Part shown: piece by piece, positions 11,641 through 23,639 of the stretch | Position numbering within the stretch: position 1 is the first letter of the stretch | How the letters are laid out: the number at the start of each line of letters is the position of its first letter | Assembly: GCA_964016885.1 (NCBI GenBank) | Contig: OZ024746.1 | Coordinates: 63,736,001 to 63,800,000, forward strand | From: Eledone cirrhosa | Taxonomy: Eukaryota | DNA length: 64,000 bases | Direction of reading: 5' to 3' | Program-made: the position numbers and the translations under genes | The notes under the pieces: model-generated | Database searches by the model: none | Told to the model about the DNA's origin: nothing | Seen by the model: only the letters and a program-made list of their open reading frames with translations

Positions 11641-13612
11641 ATTGTTATACTTTGGGAGGGTCATGTTGCCAATAAGAAACACATGCACCAGTTGCTTTCA
11701 CTTCAATTTATTATAATAAATTTATAATAAATTTATAAATTTATAAATTTCTGGTTGGTTGGTTGGTTCCGCAACCAGATAGTTGTTTATATATTGTCAT
11801 AGTTCTTTCGTGACCTCTTCAGTGACTGGGGATTCCTTTCTTTGTTTCTGTGCCTCTCCTTTGTTCTGTCCTACGCCATTTTGTTTCTGTGTGTGTGTTG
11901 TGTGCTCAGTCTGCGCATGCGCCACATCCGGGTGTCTGTGTGTGTTTATGTTCATTTATTTATTTGTTTATTTACATGTTACTGGTTGGTTGTTTGTTCT
12001 ATGTGTGTGTGTGTTTTCATTTTGTCCTTAATTGTAAGTTGTGATGTTGCTGTTCCACTCATATTTTCTATTTAATTTTGGTTGTAATTCTTTTATGTTT
12101 ATTGCCTCTGTAATTTGTCTAAACATTGCGTCTTTTCTGTGTGTAGATTCTATTTTTATTTCTATGTTCTCTAATTTACCCTTGTGTTCTATTTTAGCAT
12201 GTTGGTAGAGTACAGATGATTCTTTACTATCTTGAAGGTCTCGCCAGTGTTCATTTATCCGTTCCCTTACACTACGAGCTGTCTCACCTATGTACACTAT
12301 ATTTTTGTCTCTACATTGTCCTTCGGTACATCTTATGCTATACACTACATTTCTAGTTTTACAGTTAATATGGGGGCTTATTTTACAGGTTATACATTTC
12401 TTATCTATACATGGGGGTCTTTGAAAAGGGTATGTCTTGCTAATGAGTGTTTTTACGGAGGTACCTGGTCTTTCTACTATCTTAATATTGAGTTTATGTT
12501 TATTTAGGGCCCTTCTAAATTTGTAAGCTAATTCACCTCTAGGGGTTGTATCGATGAACATTACACTCTGGTATTTATTGCTATCATACCATGAGTTTAT
12601 TCTATTAGCCTTGTTCCTAGTTCTTTCTATTCTATTCCAAAATTTGCTCCTATACAAGGGGCAGGTCCCATTTATGTCATTATTTACCATTTTTTCCCAT
12701 TTGGTTCTGGCTCCTCTATACACTCTGATTTTATCTCTCTGATTGTAGCCAGAGAACTGCATACGGTGGATGAAGTGTTGTATGTGTCTCTCTAGTTCTT
12801 CGGGGTTGCACATGCGGGACACGTTTCTCATCACCCGTACCAAATCCGCAATCAGTATGTTGATTTTGGTATGGTCCGAAACGGCCGAGTTTCGGTGGAT
12901 CAGATGTTTGGAAGTCATGGGTTTGGCATAATGGGAATGGAGGATTTGTTTTTTATTATTAATGGTATCTAACCAGAGCTCTGTGTCTAGTACAGGTAAT
13001 CGATGGTTGGGGTGTTTACTTGGGTAGTCTATAGTAACTCTAATGCTCTGGTGGATGGAGTTAGCTATTTGCTGGATGCTTTCCATTGTGTTTTTCTCTA
13101 GTTCCTGACTGTTCTCTAGTGGGGGTGTCTTAACTACGATGTTTATATCATCAACGTAGCGCAAGTACATTATCAGGGTTAAGGGGTCTTCTAATTGTTC
13201 TTTAAGTTTAAGTTTAAGTCTACTGTCCCACCATACCATGAATAAGTTAGCTATGTCACCTGCAATGCTAACACTAATGGCTGCTCCTTCCTCTTGGGCA
13301 TATGTTTTCCATTAAATTTGAACATATGTTCCTTAAGGGTTAGTTTTATGCTGGCCCCTACCGCATGTGCAATCATTTTCTTCAGTTCATCGTGGTTTTC
13401 GGGTGTCCGTATGGCTCTGGTCCACCCATTCCATCTATCTGTGTGGGTTTTCTTGGCCATTGAGGTAATGGAAGGTGGTCTGCCTCTTGTGAAAGCAACT
13501 GGTGCATGTGTTTCTTATTGGCAACATGACCCTCCCAAAGTATAACAATATCGGTTTCAACACACGATTTCAGATAAAGAATCTTGGTAAACAAATTCAG
13601 AAACGAAATATA
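11641..13612 (-). mobile_element. Penelope-like retroelement, 5'-truncated, with an inverted copy of its 3' end at the 5' junction, inserted in (TA)n
   Basis: RT+GIY-YIG ORF; 3' UTR with a decayed hammerhead (about 11775-11830). 11641-11701 is the reverse complement of 13489-13549. Confidence 0.9.
12028..13460 (-). pseudogene. Penelope-like RT (YVDD), CxxxxCxxC linker and C-terminal GIY-YIG endonuclease; frameshift near 13250-13300
   Basis: LRYVDD, LPVLD, HYAKPM, RMQFSGY, CIDKKCITC, VVYSIRC..YIGETARSVRERINEH..EA..I..PKLN. Confidence 0.9.
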
Positions 13613-13631
13613 ATATATATATATATATATA

Positions 13632-13702
<71 letters not shown>

Positions 13703-13756
13703 TATGTACATATCTCTCTTTCTCTCTCTGTATATATATATATATATATATATCTA

Positions 13757-15316
13757 TCCGGAATGATAAAGGTGAGCTATATATGTATCCGGAATGATAA
13801 AGATGAGCTTGCCCTCACAAGTGCTGAGAAGAAAGATACATGGAAGAGTCATTATGATAGATTACTAAATGAGGAGAATGCATGGGACCAGCAGTACAAG
13901 TCAGCAGCAGCGTAGTAAGTAAGGCAATCAAAGATATGAAGATGGGGAAGGCAACCGGTCCATCGGGTATAGCTGCCGAGATGCTGAAGGCATCTGGGTC
14001 TGTAGGTCACACTATAACCACACGTATTGTTAACCAGGTAATACTAGAAGGTGTCATACCAAAAGATTGGTGCAGTAGCATCATTGTCAATTGCTACAAA
14101 GGTAAAGGCGATGCACTAGAGAGAGGAAACTATAGAGGTATAAAGTTGATGGACCAGGTCATGAAAGTAACAGAAAGAGTTATAGCACAGTTGATTAGGG
14201 ACCGGGTGAAAATAGACGAGATGCAATTTGGGTTTGTACCAGGAAGAGGCACCACTGATGCCCTCTTCCTTGTGAGGCAATTACAGGAAAAGTACCTAGC
14301 TAAAAGTAAGCCACTCTACTTGGCATTTGTCGACCTTGAGAAAGCCTTTGACAGAGTTCCATGTGCTGTAATCTGGTGGGCTCTTAGAAAACTAGGAGTA
14401 GATGAATGGCTTGTGAAAGCGGTACAAGCCATGTATAGGGGAGCAGTCAGCAAAGTTAGGATTAGCAATGAGTATAGCGAGGAATTTAGCGTACAGGTTG
14501 GGGTCCACCAGGGCTCTGTTCTTAGCCCCCTCCTGTTCATCATAGTCCTGCAGGCAATAATGGAGGAGTTTAAGACCGGATGCCCATGGGAACTCCTGTA
14601 TACTGATGACCTCGCACTCATAGCTGAATCTATGGTAGAACTAGAGAATAAATTCCAAACTTGAAAGCTGGGACTAGAAAGAAAGGGTCTCAAAGTCAAC
14701 ATGACAAAGACTAAGGTCCTTGTAAGTAGACGAGAAAACAGAACCCAGATCCCCTCAGGGAAATGGCCTTGCTCAGTATGTAGGAAAGGTGTAGGTAGGA
14801 ACTCCATTCTCTGCCCCAAATGCAAACAATGGGTACACAAGAGATGTAGCGGGATCTCAGGAAGCTTAATTAAGAATGTAGGCTTCACATGCAGCAGCTG
14901 TGCTGAGACAACAAGCAGCAAACAGCCACAGGAAACAAGTACCACCAATCTCTGGGAGGGCTCTGTAGAAACAGTAGACAGCTTCTGCTACCTAGGTGAC
15001 CGAATTAGCAGTGGAGGTGGGTGTTCAGAAAGTACAATAACTAGGGTAAGAACGGGATGGAAGAAGTTTAGGGAATTACTACCACTGCTAGCTGCAAAAG
15101 GCTTCACCCTCAGAATGAAAGGCAGACTGTATGATGCGTGTATCCGAACAGCAATGTTGCATGGTAGTGAGACCTGGGCGCTGAAGGTGGAAGACTTATG
15201 TAGATTAGAGAGAAACAAAGCCTGCATGCTCCGATGGATGTGTAATAGTAATATACGTGAACGACAAAGCATAAATGAATTGAGAGAGAGACTGAGCATA
15301 AGAGGAATCAAATGTT
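13757..15316 (+). mobile_element. RTE LINE RT fragment with internal PHD-like Zn finger; has stop codons and is truncated at both ends
   Basis: YKGKGD..NYRGIKL, QFGF, FVDLEKAFD, GVHQGSVLSPLLF, LLYTDD, CSVC..C..C..WVHKRC, HGSETW. Confidence 0.93.
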
Positions 15317-15984
15317 GTTACAATAATTCATTCAATCCGGAGCTTTGTAGTTATGCACAACGTGTGAAAAATTCATTTCCCGTATTTAGGCAATCAATCA
15401 CTATTGCATAATCTCTTTAGGATATTTATTCATTCGTCAATACACAGTCCACACGACGGATTTCCCCTTGCGTATGGCTTGGAGTTAGTGATGGCTTTCC
15501 ATTGATGGAGTATAGACTCAAGTATAGACTACTCCATTCAATGGAAAGCCATCACTAAGTCCAAGCCATACGCAAGGGGAAATCCGTCGTGTGGACTGTG
15601 TATTGACGAATGAATAAATATTCTAAAGATATTATGCAATAGTGATTGATTGCCTAAATACGGGAAATGAATTTTTCCCACGTTGTCCACACGTCTCGAA
15701 ACACCTATTGCATAACTACAAAGCTCCGGATTGAATGAATTATTGTAACAACATCAATATTTTTTCTTATCAACTAAAAACTTTTCAGACTCTCGCAGTT
15801 ATCTCCCTTACACCTCTCGCACGCATTTTAGTATTGCCTGTGTAAAGTGACGGGTTTCTGCGCATGCGCGTTCGTACGGTTGTCCTTCCTGTTCCGTATA
15901 ACCATGCCCATTACAAGCTGAGGATCCGCTAAGGTGAAACAATTGTTCTCGGTTTGGTGAACTAACTGTTGTGTAACCACTTCT
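15313..15984 (+). mobile_element. Second Penelope-like family: GIY-YIG C-terminus plus pLTR with hammerhead, preceded by an inverted duplicate (axis about 15520)
   Basis: Arms 15313-15512 and 15530-15753. The right arm reads IQWKAITKSKPYARGNPSCGLCIDE..FPRCPH with stops, resembling PLE GIY-YIG C-termini. Confidence 0.7.
15914..15951 (+). ncRNA. Minimal hammerhead ribozyme, slightly decayed
   Basis: caag CTGAGGA tcc gctaa ggt GAAA caattg TT ctcg. Confidence 0.65.
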
Positions 15985-15994
15985 ATATATATAT

Positions 15995-16180
15995 AGGAAC
16001 AAGTATGACCCGACGGCAGAGCTCAAGCCGTTTCGACGGCTAATTCAGAATTAGCCGTCGAAACGGCTTGAGCTCTGCCGTCGGGGGTCATACTTGTTCC
16101 TATTACCCACTCTACTACCCTAAGTATTGAGTGCTTTGGTACCTTATGGTCCATCTGGTTCCTTACCACATTTCCTTCAT
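15995..16180 (+). mobile_element. Hairpin-head element family B
   Basis: Homologous to 8842-9036, with a different axis sequence. Confidence 0.85.
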
Positions 16181-16619
16181 TATATATATATATATATATA
16201 TAGGGTGGGTATATATATACACGCACATACAAAGAATTGCCTGGGACTGGGGGATCCACCAGAGTAAAATAGGAATCAAAGGGGTCCATAGGTAAAAAAA
16301 AAAAGTTTGAGCACTACTGAACTACATCATTTCACTTTCTAAGTCACACACTGATCACTAAACCCTACACTAATCTCTACAGCTATCAACTTAAGAACAT
16401 AATGACCTCAGTCTCACCAGTTTCACAAAGTATGTGCAAGCCCTAGGCACTGTCCCTTCTTCCAAACCTAATCAATAAATAACATGTTATTATATTTGCT
16501 GACGAAAAATGCCTGAGGAGCATTCTGTATAATAGATATAATTATAGTAGTGTCTACCATTTCTAATATAGTGAATTGAATAACTATTTATATCTATCTG
16601 TCTATCTATTCATATATAT

Positions 16620-17420
16620 ATGTTTGCATCACTAATATGCAAATTCCTGTATGCTGATGACTGGGATCTTGTCGCGAGTGACATGCAGCATATCATGGAT
16701 TCTGTTTCGAAAGCATGCAGTGCATTAGGCCTAACAATCAGTCTCAAAAAGTCTGTGGTGATGTACCAGCTTGTACCAATCAAAGCTTATTATACATCAA
16801 ACATATGTCTATGGCCAGAAATTGAAAGTTGTGGATAAGTTTGTATATCTAGGCAGCACTGTAAATATGACCAATACTCTGGATGAAGAAATCTCCCTCT
16901 GAATCAAGAAGGCAAGTGAGGCATTTGGAAAACTGGATGTACGTCTATGATCTCAACATATTTCCATTGAGACAAAGTTAAAAGTGTATAATGCTTGAAT
17001 TTTGTCCTCTTCACTGTATGCATCTGAGACTTGGGTCACTTACCAAAAGGTTGGAACACTTTCACCAACATTGTCTTTAACATATACAGGACATCCACTG
17101 GAAAATGTATGTGAGTGACATAGAAGTCCTTGAATGCAGTCGATCTACTAATATAGAGTCTCTCATATTAGAACATCAATTAAGATGGAGTGGTCATGTA
17201 GTGAGAATAGATGATGATCACATCATTAGGTAGTTCCTGTGTGATGAACTGGTTGAAGGTAAGCAACCAAAATTAAAGTACAGGGATTGCATTAGAAGCA
17301 CACTGGGGAAGATGACTGTAATACCTAATGCAAGAGGCCCACATGATTGCAACATCTGTGCAAGAGTGTGTAAGTTCCTAGCAGGACTAAAAAGCCTTGT
17401 CGCTGCTCATGCTTAAGTAC
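16620..17420 (+). mobile_element. Old degenerate RTE (BovB-like) RT 3' fragment
   Basis: FLYADD..GLTISLKKS, F.YLGS, LYASETW and LRWSGHV.R motifs with many stops. Confidence 0.8.
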
Positions 17421-17554
17421 CAAGTGACAGCATTACTCGAAACTGAGTTGCAGCCATCACATATATATATATGCATGTGTGTGTCTGTCTGTTTGTCTAT
17501 CTGTCTATCTATCTATCTATCTTTCTATCTATCTATCTATCTGTATATTTTATA

Positions 17555-17656
17555 TAGTTTATTGTTATTTATCATTGTTAAAGATTTTATGTAAAACCCC
17601 ACCGTCACGTCTTGTAATGTCCCATTTTTGTACGCCCCTGTGGTAAATAAAGAAAG
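17555..17656 (+). mobile_element. Tx1/L1-like 3' end remnant
   Basis: Ends cccctgtggtaaataaagaaa, similar to the termini at 35750-35775 and 50825-50850. Confidence 0.45.
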
Positions 17657-18065
17657 ATATCTATCTGTATATTTGTTTGTTTGTATGTTTGTCTGCCTGT
17701 GTGTCTGTCTGTCTATCTATCTGTATGCTTGAATGTCAATCTGTCTAGTTGGTCTTAAAGACAAGATCCACCCTAATCTGCTTTGTCTATGGTGTTCAAA
17801 TATCTAGATCAACTGACTTTATTGGAATTATCTCCCTTACTTATATTACCGACCTTCCTTTAATGTGATTCCTGTGTTATAACACTCACTTAAGAGAATA
17901 ATGATTCTAAAATTACTTTAGAGCAAAATTAAAAACAAAATTAGAATTTGATTTCTCACTCTCACACAACAGATTACATGAAAAAAAACATAGCGTAATG
18001 ATTTAAACTGATAAATATATTTATGTAATCCATGATATGAGAGCAAGAAATCAAATATTAATTTT

Positions 18066-18099
<34 letters not shown>

Positions 18100-18102
<3 letters not shown>

Positions 18103-18174
18103 AAAAAGTATGACCCCGACGGCAGAGCTCAAGCCGTTTCAACGGCTATTTCTGGACAGTCCATAAATAGCCGT
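18100..18174 (+). mobile_element. Family B, truncated
   Basis: Left arm of the hairpin head and a partial right arm. Confidence 0.8.
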
Positions 18175-18199
18175 TGTGAACATATAATATATATATATA

Positions 18200-18624
18200 T
18201 AACAGAGTCAGGGTCCTGGATTGTATGAATATAACAAGATTGACTCAGTTGTTTGTACAATGTTTATTTAACAAGGTTGAGTTATGTAGAGCAGAATAGT
18301 TGACATGCCAAGAGTTGATGAAAGAATGAATTAAAGTTAGTTGTATTACCGTTTTGAAGTCATCTCGCAAGAGACCAAGTGATCTTTACATTACCATGTT
18401 CAGGTTGCCAGAGAGTATAGCGTCGGCGAATGCGAGCCTGGCCGAAGACGCCTGGCCGAAGGGCCAGGCAGTTTAGAAGGGAGGGAGAGAGCTGAAAGCC
18501 CTCTCCTTTATAGGGTCCCAGGACGGAAGTCACAAAGAAGGTTCTGCCACCTCAACGGGAAGTAACTCCAGCTATTTCCTGTCTAGAGAGCGCTACTGGT
18601 GATAAGGGAGGCAACTCTTGCTAC
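18200..18624 (-). mobile_element. Putative solo LTR
   Basis: Reverse complement starts TGTAGC, with TATA-like ctataaa (about 18510) and AATAAA (about 18265). The left CA terminus and TSD are unresolved. Confidence 0.4.
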
Positions 18625-19005
18625 ATATATATATATTTATACATATGTTTGGCACCACAACCATGGGAAATGGTGGCAGGATAGATGCCAACCTACACAC
18701 AAATTCTTCTGAACATAGTAGCAGCACACTAAAACTGACATGCCAGCTGACCTCTTAACACCACTACCACTACCAACACAATGGAGGAGGTCAGCTGTAC
18801 TTAAACAAAAACTATTACAACAGATTGTCTTGCCTCAGAAAAATTTCTATAGACTTTTGACTAAAGAATGTTCTCACAACTGACCAATGGTTCCAGTTCC
18901 TAAGAGAAATAACAACACTACCAGGAGCTGGACATATCAATAGATTGACGGAGTAAAAACATACTTCAACAACATGCGTACCTGTCCTTCCCACACCAAT
19001 TTAGA

Positions 19006-19058
19006 CTGCCTGAAGAGGTCACAGTCAATGATGGCTGTCACCAAAATATATATAGCAG
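19006..19058 (+). ncRNA. Hammerhead-like motif with G12->A (mirror copy 19665-19717 on minus strand)
   Basis: ctgc CTGAAGA ggtcacagtca atga tggctgtcacc AAAA tatata TA gcag. Confidence 0.65.
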
Positions 19059-19207
19059 CATATCTATAATTTGTAATAAACAAAGTCAAATTTTACATAT
19101 TTGACTTAATTATTTTACATTACTCTGGAGTAAATAAACCAACCTGCGTACTTCGTCAAGTGCTCCAATCTGCATACTGAGGTGCCGGTAAACAACCAAC
19201 ATGTACT

Positions 19208-19247
<40 letters not shown>

Positions 19248-19322
19248 ATACATATATATACATATATATACATATATATATTATAACTTTCATATATTAT
19301 ATATATATATATTTATATATAT

Positions 19323-19480
19323 AACGAAGGAGTTGTGGTAAGGAACCAGATGGACCATAACGCACCCGAGTACTCAAAACTTAGGGTAGTAGAGTGGGTA
19401 ATAGGAAAATGTATGACCCCGATGGCAGAGCTCAGAGCTCAGAAATAGGCTTGAGCTCTGCTGTCGGGGTCATACATTTT

Positions 19481-19485
<5 letters not shown>
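19323..19485 (-). mobile_element. Family B, reverse orientation, shortened hairpin
   Basis: Reverse-complement homology to 8842-9036. Confidence 0.85.
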
Positions 19486-19511
<26 letters not shown>

Positions 19512-20011
19512 TTTGAGTACATGTTGGTTGTTTACCAACACCTCAGTATGCAGAGTGGAGCACTCGACGAAGTACACAGGTTGGTTTGGTTACTCCAGAG
19601 TAATGTAAAATAATTAAGTCAAATATGTAAAATTTGGCTTCGTTTATTACAAATTATAGATATCCTGCTATGTATATTTTGGTGACAGCCATCATTGGCT
19701 GTGACCTCTTCAGGCAGTCTGAATTGGTGTGGGAAGGACAGGTACGCATGTTGTTGAAGTGTGTTTTACTCCGTCAATACATCGATATATCCAGCTCCTG
19801 GTAGTGTTGTTATTTCTCTTAGGAACTGGAATCAATGATTCCAGTCCATATATAGACTTCATTATCGTATTTTATCTTCCCCTCTGTTTTACCTCAACAA
19901 CCATGAAAAACCCCCCTATCTCTCTCGTCTTTGTCACATCCTCCTTCTTCTCTACTTCAACTTCACATGAATTCCTATAAAAACCTGAACATTCTGGTAC
20001 GGTAAACATAA

Positions 20012-20126
20012 TCTCTGATGATATGGAATCGATTGTGCATTGGATGTCGAATGCTCTACTAACTATATAATATTATAGATGCAGCGAGATCTAGGCAAAT
20101 TGATGTCTATTGAAACGTACGTTAGA
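20012..20126 (+). ncRNA. Hammerhead-like motif with extended stem II
   Basis: tct CTGATGA tatggaatcgatt...aattgatgtctatt GAAA cgtacg TT aga; stem I is only 3 bp. Confidence 0.55.
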
Positions 20127-20188
20127 ACCGAATAAATCTCTTTTACTGCATCTTTCTGTTCTTTTTGATTCTTTATATATATATATAA

Positions 20189-21713
20189 ATCATCATCATC
20201 ATCATCATCAGGTTTAGCGTCCGTGTTCCACGCTTGCATGGGTTTGGACGGGGGTTTTCCCACTTGAGGCAAGAGTGGTTGTCTTGCTCGCATAGGACTG
20301 TCTGGCGGGTTTTCTACAGTTGGATGCCCTTCCTAACACCAACCACATTTACAGTGTGGGGCTGGGAGGTTTTTACCGCGTTGCCTACACGGCCACATTA
20401 CAGCGTGGACTGTCTGGCGGGTTTTCTACAGCTGGATGCCCTTCCTAACACCAACCACATTTACAGTGTGGGGCTGGGAGGTTTTTACCGTGTTGCCTAC
20501 ACGGCCACATTTACAGCGTGGACTGTGTGTTTTTTGTCGTGACACCTACACGATCTCATTTGTTTCGGCCTGGATGTTGTGGGACCAACATAACTTTACA
20601 TTGAAAGGGGCGGTGTGGGTGGGGTGGAGGTGGTGGGACGGGGGTGTGTTTTGATAGAGATGCCTACTGACTGTAGTAGGTTTTTACTTTGTATTTAGGT
20701 AAGGCGGGTCTTCTCTATTACTGAGTACCGCCAAAGGTCTCGGTCCAGTGACATTGTCTTGGAGAGGTGTAAGCGTGTGAGGTCGGAATTTATCAGCTCG
20801 TCCCATGTTTTTCTGGGTCTGCCTACTCCGTGGCTACCGTCTATCTTTATTGCCCTGCACTTTGTTATACAGCTATCGTCTTTCATGCGCATCACGTGAC
20901 CGTACCAACGTAGCCTTCTCTCGAGTAAACAACATCTGATCCCTCTTATTTCTAATTTTTTCCTTAGTTCGTTTATGCTTTGCCGTTCACGTATATTACT
21001 ATTGCACATCCAGCGGAGCATGCAAGCTTCGTTCCTCTCTAGTCTGCGTATATCCTCTGCACACAATGCCCAGGTCTCACTGCCATGCAGCATTGCTGTT
21101 CGTATGCAGGCATCGTATAACCTGCCTTTCATTTTTAGGGAGAACCCTCTAGCGGCTAATAGTAGAATAAGCTCTCTGAACTTTTTCCATCCAGTTCTGA
21201 CTCTAGCTACTGTACTTTCAGAGCACCCTCCCGCACTGCTGATTTTGTCACCCAGATAACGGAAGCTGTCCACTATTTCTATAGAACCCTCTGCGCAGTT
21301 GAAGGAGCTAGTATTTTGTGGGCACTTGCTGCTACTTATTGCACCAGAGTACTGGCCACATGTAAAATCTATGTTCTTAGTTAGCTTACCTGTGATCCCA
21401 CTACATCTTTTATGCACCCATACTTTGCATTTGGGACATAAAATGGAGTTTCTACCTACGCCTTTCCTACACACTGAGCATGGCCATTTCCCAGATGGGA
21501 CCGCCACCTTATTTTCTTTCCTACAAACTAGAACTTTAGTCTTAGCCAGGTTAATTTTAAGACCTTTTGATTCTAGGCCGTGCTTCCATGTTTGGAATTT
21601 CTTCTCTAGTTCGGTCATTGATTCAGCTATGAGCGTTAGATCATCTGCGTATAGGAGTTCCCATGGGCAGCCGGTCTTGAACTCCTCTGTTATAGCCTGA
21701 AGGGCAATAATAA
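20189..21713 (-). mobile_element. RTE LINE 3' portion (end of RT, PHD-like finger, 3' UTR, (GAT)n tail) in (TA)n
   Basis: ORF 20695-21618 with RLRWYGHV and GRPRKTW. 3' UTR has a tandem duplication of about 112 bp; tail reads (cat)n on plus. Confidence 0.95.
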
Positions 21714-22519
21714 ATATATATATATATATATATGTAATAAGTAAATGGAAACAACACAGTACAAGAAAGAAATATATTAGTTTAATGCTTGATATAGTAA
21801 TAAAGGAGTCTTTATATTTCAGACACTATATATATGTGTGTGTGTATATATGCTTATGTATATAAATTCTTGATCTGGTTGTTGTTGCTTTTGTTTTTCT
21901 CCCATATAATTTCTTTTCATTTCTATTAATTCCCTTGGAATTTTCCAACCAACTGCTTTGATTAACTGTTTTATTATTATTTTTAAAAATTTGTTTTCTT
22001 TCTCTAAGGCATATGATATTTTCTTTGAAAGCCAAATATTTTTATGAACCCCTAAAATACTACTGTAGCCCTCAATTTACTATCTTTTTGTGTATGGATG
22101 CTCCAAATTCTTATATGGACCTCCAGGAGCTGTATGGCCCCTAATCGAGAATCATTGATGTAGACACACACAATATGGTTGGTGCTGAAAGGAGAAGAGA
22201 TGAATAGGTTTCAGGAGTGTCTGTCTGAGTGGAGGGGGTGTGGGACCAGCCAACACCACATAGCAGAGTCCACTGGTAGCAGAGGTAGAGAGAGAGAGAG
22301 AGAGAGAGAGATGTATATAGAAACATTACCTTACAATTAAAATCTAATGAAGGAGGTAACACAGGAGCATGTGGACCGGTGATATACCATAGTACACAAG
22401 ACCTGTCTACCAGTAGAAACAGAGTGAGGGAGTGGAAGCTACAGTGCTTAACTATTAAACAGAGACAATTTAGGGTCTGAGAGTACTCCTCAGTCAGGAC
22501 AAACATGTAACAACCTCTC

Positions 22520-23140
22520 TAGTGGTGCTACTATAATAAAATGCACCCACTTCACTCTGTAGAATGGTAGTGCTAGTGCTATGATAAAATGCTCCCAGTT
22601 CTTTCTGTAAAGTGATAGTTATGGTACCTTGATAAAATGATCCCAGTTCTTTCTGTAAAGTAATAGTTATGGTACCTTGATAAAATGCTCCCAGTTCTTT
22701 CTGTAAAGTAATAGTTATGGTACCTTGATAAAATGCTCCCAGTTCTTTCTGTAAAGTGATAGTTATGGTACCTTGATAAAATGATCCCAGTTCTTTCTGT
22801 AAGTGATAGTTATGGTACCTTGATAAAATGCACCCAGTTCACTCTGTAAAGTGATAGTTATGGTACCTTGATAAAATGCACCCAGTTCACTCTGTAAAGT
22901 GATAGAGCTGTTGCTTTGATAAAATGCACCTAATCTACTCTGTAGAATGCTAGTGCTGGTGCCATAATAAAACACACTCAGTCCAATCTGTAAAGTGGTA
23001 GCACACTTTGTATGGTGGTTGGATAAATATGGAATGTGTGAGTAAGTTGAGGCCACTATGACCCATCTGGTATCTGATCATGACAGCTTCTCTAAACCAT
23101 GCCAGCATGGGAAGCAGATGTAAAAATGATGATGATGATA
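22520..23140 (+). repeat. About 54-bp minisatellite derived from an RTE/SINE 3' tail motif, ending in (GAT)n
   Basis: Units gataaaatgcacccagttcactctgtaaagtgatagttatggtacctt; a similar array lies at 37430-37765. Confidence 0.8.
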
Positions 23141-23580
23141 TATTAAAAACATTAGACCTAATAAAGTAGAAGGGATTATAGTTAAGTTTTGCCTCAAGTG
23201 TGACGCATATTAAATGACGCATATTAAGATGTGTGTGTGGTATAACGATATCATATAAACTATTTCATATAAAAAAAACCCCAATAGATGATGATGATGA
23301 TGATGATGATGATATCCATATAATCCCCAGTCTGATATTCGAGTAAAAAGTATAAGTTATGGAACATTAAAAAAAAGTCTCTTGAGATACATCTTGGTTT
23401 CCAAATGTATTACATCTTACAAATTTAGTTTACATTATCTTCAGCACACAAATATCATGAAGTAGATATAAACTCTTTGACAACTGAATCTGCTATGTAG
23501 TTTTCATTTATAGTTGTGTCAATTTCACTTCAGTTTCTTCACATCTATATAAAGGGGGAGACAACTGAGTGACTACTTAC

Positions 23581-23614
23581 TCCTTGTTGAAAGTTGCTGC
23601 ATTTTATTACATTT
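23581..23614 (-). other. Candidate 34-nt exon of an unidentified minus-strand transcript
   Basis: Reverse complement: tttttccctgtctag|...caagga|gtaagt. Confidence 0.4.
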
Positions 23615-23639
23615 CTAGACAGGGAAAAATTTATTTAAC

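Larger units (their letters stand above)
18891..19831. mobile_element. Family E: two inverted arms of about 320 bp (18891-19213, 19509-19831) around (TA)n and a family B copy
   Basis: The arms are close reverse complements with scattered substitutions; each has a hammerhead-like motif. Confidence 0.85.

Noticed and set aside
11641-13549. 61-bp inverted ends read as DNA-transposon TIRs
   Set aside because: They enclose a truncated RT/GIY-YIG ORF and are asymmetric; better explained as a PLE inverted 3' fragment.
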